Positions 26,406 through 36,394 of a DNA stretch of 64,000 bases are shown piece after piece. The stretch is from positions 1-64,000 of the forward strand of contig JAUCBJ010007762.1 in NCBI GenBank assembly GCA_032718475.1, in the 5' to 3' direction. This stretch comes from Nemertoderma westbladi (taxonomy: Eukaryota > Animalia > Xenacoelomorpha). The notes below the pieces were generated by a model. That model searched no databases, was not told the DNA's origin, and saw nothing but the letters and a program-made list of their open reading frames with translations. Position numbers and translations under genes: made by a program. Numbering within the stretch: the stretch's first letter is position 1; every line of letters begins with the position of its first letter.

Positions 26406-28949
26406 GTGTTCGGAATGGCGAGTAAGTTGATCAGGAAGAGGAAGGCGGAGTCAGGAGGAAAAGAAATACTGGTGGATTTCACCGAAAGACACCCGGAAGA
26501 GAAGACGAGAGGATACTACGAGAAGTTGGAAAGGGGTCACGCGGCACGAGCGCTGCAGGATCACTTCCGGGAGGCCCACGAACAGCGGTTGGTCGGGACC
26601 TACGGGACCCCGTCACTAGACAACGCGATCTTCCAACACTTCCACTACGTGGTGAAAGGGGACGAGGCGAAGTTCGGGATTCCGAAGTATCCGAGGGAAT
26701 CGCCGAGGAAGGACTGGAAAAGATTCATAGAGTCCGTCAACAGAGGAGGATATATGATCCTAGATGACGAGGGAACCGTGGAAGACGAAGCGGGTTCGAG
26801 ACGAGGAACGGCAGGGTCGGCCAGGACCATACTCCTACATTTGGCCGCGCCAAATGGGGACATCTTCTTATTCGACCTAGGGACGTATGGGAAGAAGGAC
26901 GGGCCGAAATTAGACCGATTGCCGAAAGCGGTACAAGTATTAGTAAGAGAGAAGTCGACGACGAAAGTGGGATCGGCGATTCGCGAGGACGCGGAGAGGA
27001 TCATCGGTCCGGACGCCACCAACCTCCTGGATATGCAGAAAGTCTTTATGGCTATGACGGCACCGGATGGATTGGGGGTAGTCGAAAACACAGGCCAATG
27101 CGGGGCTGTGGCGATGGGCCAATTATTGGGGCTCGTATGCCACAAACCGATGGACTGGGGAAAGTTTAGGGAAGAATACGGGGCAGAACTAGCGAACTCG
27201 CTGAAGTGGGGAGCGAGACCGGGAAAGCAGGAGGTATATCAGTTTCGCAGAGGAGCGATAAAGGTATATCAGAAGCGATATATCCTGCAGGAGGACTGGA
27301 TGATGATAAGTTTGCTTAACTTATTCATGACCGTAGTTATCGAAAGGGAACCAGGGGCATTTCTGTTATCGGGATCACCCCTAAGCTACAGGAGAGCCTT
27401 TAAGACGGCCTTTGACGGTCTGGTAGACCACCCGGGGCTGAAGGGCGAGTCGGTGTACTACAACAGCCGACATCTGGTAGACGGGGAGACAGATACACCG
27501 TATCAGAGATGGGAGCAGCTAGAGGCGGACAGACGAGAAGCAAAGCGACTGGAAGAAGTCGCTAGACGGGAGAGGATAGAAGCAGAGGAGAGGGAAGAGG
27601 AGGCCAGGGCACAGAGTTACGGCTTCGAGGAACAGGCGGGCCTAGACGAACTTCATTGGACTTCGTCAGGGAGTTCGGGGGAGTCTCTAGGGCGAGAATT
27701 GGGATGGACGGTGGGATCGCCGAAACAGTCGACGTCGGGGTTGCAAACGATGCCCATACCAGCGGGCGCCGAGGGCGACCAACCGCCAAGGAAGCTAAGG
27801 GAGCTAGAGGGATGGAGAGCTACGGGCGAGAGCCAAGGCGGGAAGGGACATAGTGGATCCGTCGGGATACCGGGATTGGAGACACTACCAGAAGAGGAGG
27901 ACGACGACGACGAGTTCGGAGAGATGCCGCCCATCGAGAGGATAGGCCACTCGGACACGGACTGGGTTGGCGGAAGGGTGGTGACGGCCAGTGGGGCGAG
28001 GGCCTTCTGGAACAGATCCGGCAAGCGGACCTGGGTGCACGAGGAGCCGGCGATGGATTTCGCGGGGAGCACCATCAGGTTGGGCGAGCAACCGGGAACG
28101 GCACCACGGATAGTATTCGGGGAGACGATGCCCGAGAGGGGCGGAGAGATCGACGTAAACAGGGAGAGCAACGTAGAGAAGTTCGCCTACCAGCGACTCC
28201 ATAGACCGCGGAGATCGCTTGGGACGAAAGACGAGGTGGGACGGGAGACATTGGTACTCGGCTGCGACTACTGTGGGAGACAGACCCATCGGGAAAGCAG
28301 CTGCCTATACCGGTTCCAAAAGGGAACCTTTTGTCTCTACTGCAGAGAACCAAGTCACAGGATGGGGGCGTGTCCACGGTTGCATAACCGATGTCCAAAG
28401 TGCCACTTTCGGGGACACTACGGGCGCGAGTGCGACTGGATGAGCGACGAGGAAAAGTTCACAAGATTCGAGGAGTGGGCCGACGTCGGGGCCATGACGC
28501 GCCAGCGCATGAAGGCCCAAGAGTTCAAGTGGGGTTTCTTCCTCATAAACCAGGAGACCCACATGGAAATCATAAAGCGAAGGTTACCGTTTACCTATCA
28601 AGAGGTAGCAACGGCGGCATCGTTCGCCGGAGTTATGAACACGCAACGGTACCTGGACAGGTGGACACCAGAGAACCGGAGGGAGTTTAGGGATTTCTTG
28701 GCGGAACACGTACCAAAGGCAATGAAAATGATCCTATGGGACGCCACACGAGGGAGACAACCAGGCCATTCTGAGGGGCCACCGGCGAAGCGGTATCGGG
28801 CATTAATAACACCAGCGCCCAAGGAGCCAACGACCGGGATCAGCAAGGAAGTGGCGGCGAAGGTCCGGAAGCAGAAAGCGGATGATGCCAGAGGAACGGT
28901 GATAACCAAGAAACGGGCCAGGGAAGAGGACGTGAGGAGGAACAGATAA
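26406..28949 (+). CDS. Retrotransposon accessory ORF: putative WRN/RNase D-like DEDD 3'-5' exonuclease, acidic/low-complexity linker, three CCHC zinc knuckles
   Basis: Uninterrupted 847 codons (first ATG at 26415). ExoI-like ILDDEG; LLHLAAPNGDIFLFDL; LPKAVQVLV...KVGSAIRED (ExoII-like); LLDMQ; WG.RP...QKRYILQED (ExoIII-like). Knuckles CDYCGRQTHRESSC, CLYCREPSHRMGAC, CPKCHFRGHYGREC. Confidence 0.75.
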   Translation: MFGMASKLIRKRKAESGGKEILVDFTERHPEEKTRGYYEKLERGHAARALQDHFREAHEQRLVGTYGTPSLDNAIFQHFHYVVKGDEAKFGIPKYPRESPRKDWKRFIESVNRGGYMILDDEGTVEDEAGSRRGTAGSARTILLHLAAPNGDIFLFDLGTYGKKDGPKLDRLPKAVQVLVREKSTTKVGSAIREDAERIIGPDATNLLDMQKVFMAMTAPDGLGVVENTGQCGAVAMGQLLGLVCHKPMDWGKFREEYGAELANSLKWGARPGKQEVYQFRRGAIKVYQKRYILQEDWMMISLLNLFMTVVIEREPGAFLLSGSPLSYRRAFKTAFDGLVDHPGLKGESVYYNSRHLVDGETDTPYQRWEQLEADRREAKRLEEVARRERIEAEEREEEARAQSYGFEEQAGLDELHWTSSGSSGESLGRELGWTVGSPKQSTSGLQTMPIPAGAEGDQPPRKLRELEGWRATGESQGGKGHSGSVGIPGLETLPEEEDDDDEFGEMPPIERIGHSDTDWVGGRVVTASGARAFWNRSGKRTWVHEEPAMDFAGSTIRLGEQPGTAPRIVFGETMPERGGEIDVNRESNVEKFAYQRLHRPRRSLGTKDEVGRETLVLGCDYCGRQTHRESSCLYRFQKGTFCLYCREPSHRMGACPRLHNRCPKCHFRGHYGRECDWMSDEEKFTRFEEWADVGAMTRQRMKAQEFKWGFFLINQETHMEIIKRRLPFTYQEVATAASFAGVMNTQRYLDRWTPENRREFRDFLAEHVPKAMKMILWDATRGRQPGHSEGPPAKRYRALITPAPKEPTTGISKEVAAKVRKQKADDARGTVITKKRAREEDVRRNR

Positions 28950-29615
28950 GTTCCCAGATACGAGGGAGTGAGACTGAGACTGGGACGTGGTGCGCCTGGA
29001 AGGCGCCGCATGCAACGTACGAACCATTAAGTACAAATTTAATTAATGCAAATAATCATATAAGTGCAATTCGTATGTACGTACGTAGTAATTAGCAGTA
29101 AAATACACGATCGGAGTAAGTACTATAGTCATACAACCTTTCTCAACTAGCTAGTGGGACTGGGGGATAACTGACTATGGCACTGTGGACGAGACCCCAG
29201 ACAATTTCACACCTCTTGAGTGCGACGGCACGAGAGGGGGGGGGGAGATTCGTCAGAAGGGAAGAGACAGACGAAGTGAGGTTGAGGGACGGAATAATAG
29301 TGCGGAGTGCGGAGAGAGTGCCGATGCAATTCCAGTGTGGGGGGGGGAGAATAAGAGGCTGAGTAAGGGACGAGGAGGTCCGAATGTGAGAGAGTTAGGG
29401 TGAGAGTGAAGGTGAGATAGGGCGAAAATGTTGGGGAAACAAAAGTTGCGTGGGAGGTGAGCGCGATCGGCCCGACATGAGACGCCAGGCACACAGGGTA
29501 GCGTCATCATACCCATAGGGGGCGGCCTGGAAAGCCGACCCCGAGAGAAAAGAATTCCACCCCACACCCGATACTAGATCGGGATCCAGCGGGATTGTAA
29601 CGCACTTTTTGGTTG

Positions 29616-29653
29616 ATGCTATCTTCTTACCGGGAAGATAGCATGGGGGGGAG
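29616..29653 (+). other. Stem-loop plus polypurine tract of element 1
   Basis: ATGCTATCTTC-7 nt-GAAGATAGCAT perfect 11-bp stem, then GGGGGGGAG|TG. Confidence 0.85.
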
Positions 29654-30194
29654 TGTTAGCTTATTCAATCCCGCCAACACCCCATAAAGTTATAAGCCGA
29701 TAAGCAATATTGGGAGCCACGAGATTGGGCAATTAACCAACTCGTGCCATCTCAATAAGAGTGGGAAGGAAGCACACAATAGAGGGTCAGGGGCCAAACC
29801 CCTAACCCAGAGAGAACAGGTGGAGTGAACGGGAATACTCCACGGGGCGCCAACAAGGGTATTAACCAATCAGAGGGGGGAAAGGCATCGATTGAGTAGC
29901 AGTAAGGCCACCGTGCAATATAACCAATAACCTATTAATCAGTGATTCAGTTATCTCAGTGTAGCAGTGCTAGCGTAGGTTGGTAGTCAATTAGTTTAGT
30001 TAGGGGATCACGGGACTTTAGTTACCGTATCCCGCCTTGTACACATTATATCTATATCTATATCCTATGCCCTATTATTATTATACACCGAACTTCAGAA
30101 CTCAGTTACTTTATTCCACCCTTATACACGGCGGGGACGCGTGGACTAAATTACCACATCGGATAAATCGGGATCCCTCCTGGATCCCGTCACA
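29654..30194 (+). repeat. 3' LTR of element 1 (~541 bp, TG...CA)
   Basis: Starts TGTTAG after the PPT and ends TCACA. TATA-like CAATATAA (~29917) precedes TCAGT (~29947). Terminal hairpin CGGGATCC-ctcct-GGATCCCG. A diverged relative starts at 32695. Confidence 0.8.
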
Positions 30195-30270
30195 TTAACT
30201 AGTCTGGGACTTCAAGCCACACATGAACAACTAAGCTGAGTGGTTAACTAGTCTGGGACTTCGAGCAGCA
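30195..30270. repeat. About 1.5 copies of a 49-bp satellite (TTAACTAGTCTGGGACTTCAAGCCACACATGAACAACTAAGCTGAGTGG)
   Basis: Same unit as the array at 63737-64000. Confidence 0.9.
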
Positions 30271-30278
30271 TCCAATGA

Positions 30279-31157
30279 TGCTCAACATCCAATGACGTCA
30301 TTGCCTCTACATCTGAAATAAAAACAGATTCCGATCACTCATCACCGAGTCTCACAGACACATCTGTTACGCCACCGCCTCTCGCGATAGTCCAAATGGA
30401 CGATGAATTCCTCCAATCGATGCACGAGTGCGCTCGAGCGTTGCTAAGCTACAGAATCAAAGGTGATTGGAGCGAAGTTCGAACGGCAGGGCCGTTAAAG
30501 CGTTTCTCGAAGGACGTTGAGTTGTTATTGGCGATGGACACGAACAGCGAGCAGTACTGGGACTTGTTACGGCGGTACAGCGCCATATACGGGAGGTTCG
30601 ATAGCAAAAGGAAGCCGGGTCGGGTCGGCAGCTCAGCAAACACGAGGCAACCATCAACGAGGCCGCCGCCATCCTCTGCCACATCAACCCCATACTCATC
30701 GCGAAGAGGGATAGTCTGTTCCCGTTGGCTAGACAGGTGATCCGTAACGCGGGTTACCAGTACAGCAGCGGTAGATCGAGGGCGCAAGCGCACGCGGATC
30801 AAACTGGAAGTTGGGTTGGATTCGAGCGAGTACGGAGGCGGAGAGACGACCGAGAGAGTTGAGGAAACCGGGGAGATGTCGAAAGAAGATATAGAGCGAC
30901 GTCTGGAAGAAATAGGGGAGAGAATCGCGGAACTCTCCAGCAAACAGATGGAGTTCGAGGCCCAGATGAAAACGGCGAGAATTAACAACGATATCGCGAG
31001 TTTATATAAACTGCAATGCGAAATCGAGAACCTGAAACCGGTGATTGGTAAACTAATGGTTGAACAATCGCGTCTCGAGTTGGATAACATCGACACAGAG
31101 GGGAACGATTCCTTGTTGCATGTGAAACTAATCTCATCAAACGAACTGGAATTGTAA
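30279..31157 (+). pseudogene. Unidentified intronless ORF with C-terminal coiled coil; one in-frame TGA, probably 5'-truncated
   Basis: ORFs 30396-30740 and 30816-31157 share a frame and are separated only by TGA at 30738-30740. The frame is open back to ~30279. GC-rich relative to the downstream flank; AATAAA at ~31192. Confidence 0.5.
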
Positions 31158-31505
31158 CAAGTACTTTCTAAATGTATTTTTTTTACCGTGAAATAAAGTG
31201 CAGTTTTGCTAAATCAGAAATGAACTAATTAATTAGTTATCATTTGGGATGATGAATTAATCATTTCGCCACCGAACTATTTCCATATTAAACTGTATAA
31301 TCTCATAGATAATATTATATGCATGCCCAATCATTTGCACTGAATTACTATATTTGATTGCCAGTATTGTTATTATAAATTTTTTGTTATTATAATTCGC
31401 AAACATTATATTACGAAGTAGGATCATAAAACTATTATTTTGCTTAAACCTCTTCAAAATGTTCAACTTGATTATTTAGAGATATATATATATTTAGATT
31501 TTTCA

Positions 31506-32372
31506 ACCCATGTTAATCTAACGTTGGGTTTATGTTAGACATTCGTTAAAAATGACAGTTAGAATTTAACCATAAACCTACGTTAAAATACATTCGAATT
31601 CTGTAAATTTTTAAGGTTAATTTTTTACTGTAATTATACGATAAAAATCAACAGAGATCTGACATTTACAAATTTTTTAACGTTGATTTAACGTTAGTTT
31701 TTAACGATATGAAACAATATCAGTTAATATACAACATTAGTATTAGATTGCATACTAATTTATGCTTTATTGAAAGTGGTTTCCCAAGATTGCTTGATAT
31801 CGTAAGCTTGATACCGTAGCTTGATATGCTAGCTTAGTTTTGGACTTAGCCTTAAATGCTTTAAATGGCACAAATTGATCTATACCAGACTTAAATATAG
31901 CGTTAAAATTGGACCAGTAGTCGTTTACAGTATTACAATTACTATACGCATCTTGAAAATTACAAGTATCCATAAACTGTGGAAAACCAGTGTAGTCTGC
32001 ATTTTTAAAATCGTAAAAACCAACATTTACTTGTGATTCAGTTTGACAGGGCGATAAAATACTGAAGCAGACACTGGAGATCACACTCAAGATCTCGAAA
32101 ATCACTATCAGCCACTATCTCGAGATCCTTGTACTCATCCTTCTCCGTAATTGAGTATACCGGGACAGCCGCTATTTCCTTCTTTATCAGTAAAACCACG
32201 CCACCACCAGTTGTAGTGGAACGATCTTTCCGATGAACATTAAACTTGTTTCCACCATTTATCATGCGATCCGTAAAACTTCCATTCATCCAGGTTTCAG
32301 TTATTCCTACGATGACGAATCCTGGTTTCAGTTATTCCTACGACGACTCCAGTTCTACTAACTTATTGTTAC
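31506..32372 (-). mobile_element. Dispersed ~870-bp repeat containing a degraded CR1/L2-type LINE APE-endonuclease fragment (copy 1)
   Basis: IVGITETWMN...HRKDRSTTTGGGVVLLIK...FYRP...YDFKNADY; near-identical copy at 62134-62997. Confidence 0.85.
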
Positions 32373-32657
32373 CGAGTGATTCCCCGAACTTATATATTTT
32401 ATTCTAAGTTTATTAGGAGGTGGAGGAGGGGGTGGTAACCTAAACGGAATTTTAATTTACTATGAGATCAATGCCCCGTTTATAAGTGAGCATATAATTA
32501 ATGCTGTGAACCCTCGGTAACTTCCTGATGTACAGTTCAGTATAAAACATTAGGAATTAGGATTCCCCTGCTCTAAGAGCCCAAGGGACTGGCATATAAC
32601 AGTACGGCTACTGGCTCTACTGCTGCCTGGTATAAATGGATGGATAAATGGGCCTGG

Positions 32658-32970
32658 ATGCTATCTTCTCACCGGGAAGATAGCATGGGGGGAGTGTTAG
32701 CGTATTCAATTCCGCTAGCCAGCCCCACAAAGTAGGCTTTAAGCAATATTGGGAGCACGAGGTTGATTACCAATCAACGGTGTCACCCCAATAAACGGGG
32801 ACAACAGGCCCCAGGGGAACACACAAAGGGGGTCAGAGGTTACACCTCCGGGAGAGAGAGAATAACAGCAGTGGAGGGGAAACACTCCCAGAGAGATGGG
32901 AGGCGAGAAGTGAGTTATTAGCCAATGGGGGGAAAGCATCGACTGAGTAATGTAATGAGGCCGTGCAATG
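32658..32970 (+). mobile_element. Stem-loop/PPT and partial LTR related to the element 1 LTR
   Basis: gatgctatcttctcaccgggaagatagcatggggggag|TGTTAGCGTATTCAAT; blocks shared with 29654-29920 include taagcaatattgggagc, gcatcga.tgagta and ccgtgcaat. Confidence 0.85.
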
Positions 32971-32979
32971 AGTGCACGG

Positions 32980-35700
32980 TAAACTGGGAAAGAAGCACCC
33001 GTTCAGACACCAAAACCACTGATAAGACAGCAACCAAGAAACGATACGCTTGTCACCAACTATGAAGTGTTCCTCGGATCACTCTGGCTCAGACACGAAG
33101 GGATGTGAAAACATATATTATGGTGATGTGAACCCCAGAGGTAAGAAAAAATATAGCAGTCAGGGCAAGCCGTATAGGATCATACCTCCCCCCAAGTCTA
33201 ATAGTTCCCCCAAGAAAGCATATACGGATAACCATAAGATGGGCACAACTTGTCACGACATGCTTCTTGTGTCTTAGACCGGGACATGTGAGACGTAAGT
33301 GCCAACTAATAGACACGAAAACGTGTCCGGCGTGTCAAGGCTCCCATTACCCCTTGCTACACCTAGACCAGGCCCCGAAGGGAGAAATAGACCAACGTGT
33401 ACACTTCACTGATTATGAGACAGACTCACCCGATGAAGGACCGGATGAATTCTACCCTGGAGAGTTTACAACGAATGCTGTAACCATGTTAGTGTGTATG
33501 AAGCCTTTACCTATGAGGAACCCGTATTGGAAGATTGTTTCAAAATTGAGAACAATCCCAACACCCAGTCATTTCAGGATGCAGGAGTCAGAGAGTTTTA
33601 TTATCTATGTGAATAAATGAGACTTAAAAGAGTTAAAAGAAAAGTCAGAGAGTTTCCGGTGCTCCAAGTCAGGCTCCACGCGGGAAGTAATAGTGTTGTG
33701 GTAAATGCCTTAATGGACACCAGGAGTACGGGCACCTTCATAGACGCAGAGTTAGCCGAATCATTGTTCGCCAAGGAACAAGGCATTACACACTATTTAA
33801 CATTATTCCAGGACCCTAGATTATTTATTATCCTGGTGCTAATTTTTACTAGTTACGATTTTAGATATGGCATTTTTTAGCTGGATTAAAAATTATTATT
33901 ATTACATGAAACTAACATTTGTTCTTTGAAGGTCACATAGCCGCATGCATACTGTACATCAAAGCGCTTTTCTCTGTGTCACTAATGCTGTATTCTTCAT
34001 TTTGAAGGACGAAGGTAATAACTCCTCTTGATGATGATGAAGTTTATCTGTTGTTTATATCAGTTCCGATTACTATGGAGCCTCCAGCGGTCGTTCATAC
34101 CTTTTTATCTTGATCATCTCGGCGTTTTCTGCCCAATGTCGCGCACATACTCCAATATTTGTCATTACTTTCTCTATTCTATTTGGTATATTCTCCAACC
34201 AATGATGTTGGTCTATTAAGTTTTTTGGGAACAGGTAAACTGTTGCCTTCTCTTCTTGCGAGGCATAATTTCCTTTACAGCCTGCTACAGAGCAATTGCG
34301 TGGCATCCCTAATGTGATGATTTGCAGAGATTATCATATTATCATATCATGTACTGTATGTTCGAACTAATTGACTGATAAATTATGAGAGATCTACTCA
34401 CCTAATGCTACTTATAGATCATCTCTATTTAAATGTTAAAAATAATATAATCTAAAAATATTTCAATAATAAAAAAAACGTTTTAAAAAAAGTATCAACA
34501 ACTACAGTAGCTAGTATGTACAGTACATGATCTTTTAACTTGATGAAACAAGTTCTAGAATAAAAAGTTAAGATTAAAACCCAGGCGTCCTAAACTATTT
34601 TATTGTTAAATTTGCTAGAAATTTCCACTGAGTTTCTGTTTACTATGTAATAGGCGATACTATTGTATGTGTGTGTACCCATAAACGAATTTTTGCTGCT
34701 ATATCTAGTTTTTGTATTAGTAATTTTAGTAATAGTATTGTAGTATAATTTTCGCCAATACTGTAGTATTGCAACTGCATCTCTTTTATTTAGCTACTCT
34801 ATATCTATAAACTAAGAAACTAAGATAATGAATACCGGCCTCTAATAAAATTAACACTGTATGCGAGCATCGCGTCCTGAATATATACTATGTTCTAGAA
34901 GTCCTTGCTAACATTATCTGGGATAATGAAACGTTGGCAGTCCACGATTGAAACAAAGTAATATAAGGCATCCCTGCGATGTCCACACCGCAAGATACCA
35001 GTGGCTGGGATAAGGTGTCTAACATTATAATGGTTGACATCCAGAATTTTGCCAAAAGTCAGGCAAAGACTGGGATGATGACGCCCTCGTAAGTAATCAT
35101 AATATTCCCCGTTTCACCCCACACTACCCAGGCCTACTGATGTTGATAGGCCAAAATGTACCAGAGGCCTTAGAGATTTTGGAGAAACGACCCAGACATC
35201 CAGAACCAATGTTAGCCTACGCCTGTTGGACAATATTGGGATGTTACTGTACCGGGTCCTCCCAGAAGACGCTGTTGGAGCGAAAAGGACCAACAAATAC
35301 AGACACCGACACTTGCAACTTAGTGACCCACCTATGCAATGAAACTATAGCGACGGAAGATGATGTCTTAACTACCCCTGACCAAACCGACAGCGGTTGT
35401 GACGCTCCCCTGTCCTCAGACCAAGACTGTTTCTTTACTAGGTACAGTGAACCCAATATCGTGACCCCGATGACCGACCAAGAATTGCTTACCACCCATT
35501 TGGAGTTGTGCAATTTGCTACACGCACCTCCCGACCTGCAGCAAGAACTGAGCGAGCTCGAGGAAGCCAGGCGTCTTCTAAAACTATAAGAACATACAGT
35601 TACTTGGATGCAGCAGGAGATACTCGAGCAAAACTCCAATGACAAGGCATTGTCAGTGGAAGAGGAGCGAGCAGATACAGAGAACCACCACCAGGTTTTT
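32980..35700 (+). pseudogene. Degraded BEL/Pao gag-protease region, interrupted by a THAP element
   Basis: Gag knuckles CLRPGHVRRKC...CPACQGSHYPLLH; protease ALMDTRSTGTFID; after the insertion LSGIMKRWQST and LIGQNVPEALEILEKRP, colinear with the 51747-53786 protein; stops and frameshifts present. Confidence 0.85.
33807..34908 (-). mobile_element. Non-autonomous ~1.1-kb THAP-domain DNA transposon (P-like)
   Basis: Flanked by direct repeat TAACATTAT (33798-33806 and 34909-34917). Imperfect terminal inverted repeats CCAGGAC-CCTAGA / TCTAGAAGTCCTTG. THAP ORF 34306-34073 (MPRNCSVAGC...YLFP...W...VCARHW). Removing it restores the BEL frame HYLTLSGIM. Confidence 0.8.
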
Positions 35701-36347
35701 GCTGGAACAAGGCAAATACAAAGTGGGGCTTCCCTGGCGGTCTCCCCAACCTCGGGTCTGTTAGGCAAAGATATGTTATTATTTAATATTTGAAACATTC
35801 TTACCCATAATGCCGCACAAGTCCATAAAATGTGTCACCCTGCGCTCCATAGCCATGGAAATTCAAATGATAAAGACACCGCAATGAATTGATATATTTT
35901 TGGTGGTTAATTCAAATCATTTGAATTTCCCGGGCTATCTATGGTCGGAGCAGATTGGCACCTTCTGACCTATTCAGCTATATATTACTGCTGTACTGTA
36001 TTCTGGTATTAATGACTTGTATCATGCAGTCATGCCTGCATGCCGTATTCTGGTATTCTGCATTCAGCATTGGACCGGTGCATATCTGCTTAATGCAATA
36101 GCAACTGCAATACTGCACTACTGCACTACTGCAATAATTTATAACATTATATATATACAAGCTGGCAAGCCTGGAGGGTTCACGGTCCTCCTACTTAATC
36201 AGTACAATAATAATAACCGATACATCATTGTCGAAACGTACCCAGTATTCGGGTACCGGCTGGCCATGAGCCTTCGCCATCCCTATATCTAACTTTTGTC
36301 CAAATTTTATTTCGATTGATTAATAAATAACTGAGATATCGCTCTGG

Positions 36348-36394
36348 ACACACACACACACACACACACACACTAACACACACACACACACACA
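36348..36394. repeat. (CA)n microsatellite
   Basis: Visible directly, with one interruption. Confidence 0.95.

Larger units (their letters stand above)
23935..30194 (+). mobile_element. 5'-truncated BEL/Pao LTR retrotransposon (element 1): integrase, spacer, extra ORF, PPT, 3' LTR
   Basis: BEL-type integrase; PPT GGGGGGGAG directly followed by TGTTAG; LTR ends ...GTCACA where an unrelated 49-bp satellite begins. Confidence 0.9.

Noticed and set aside
26406-28949. env gene
   Set aside because: The position fits, but there is no signal peptide, furin site plus fusion peptide, or C-terminal transmembrane anchor; the motifs indicate a nuclease and zinc knuckles.
24215-29567. Many antisense and overlapping ORFs over integrase, the accessory ORF and the 3' UTR
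   Set aside because: Shadow ORFs of purine-biased, GC-rich coding sequence with no motifs of their own.
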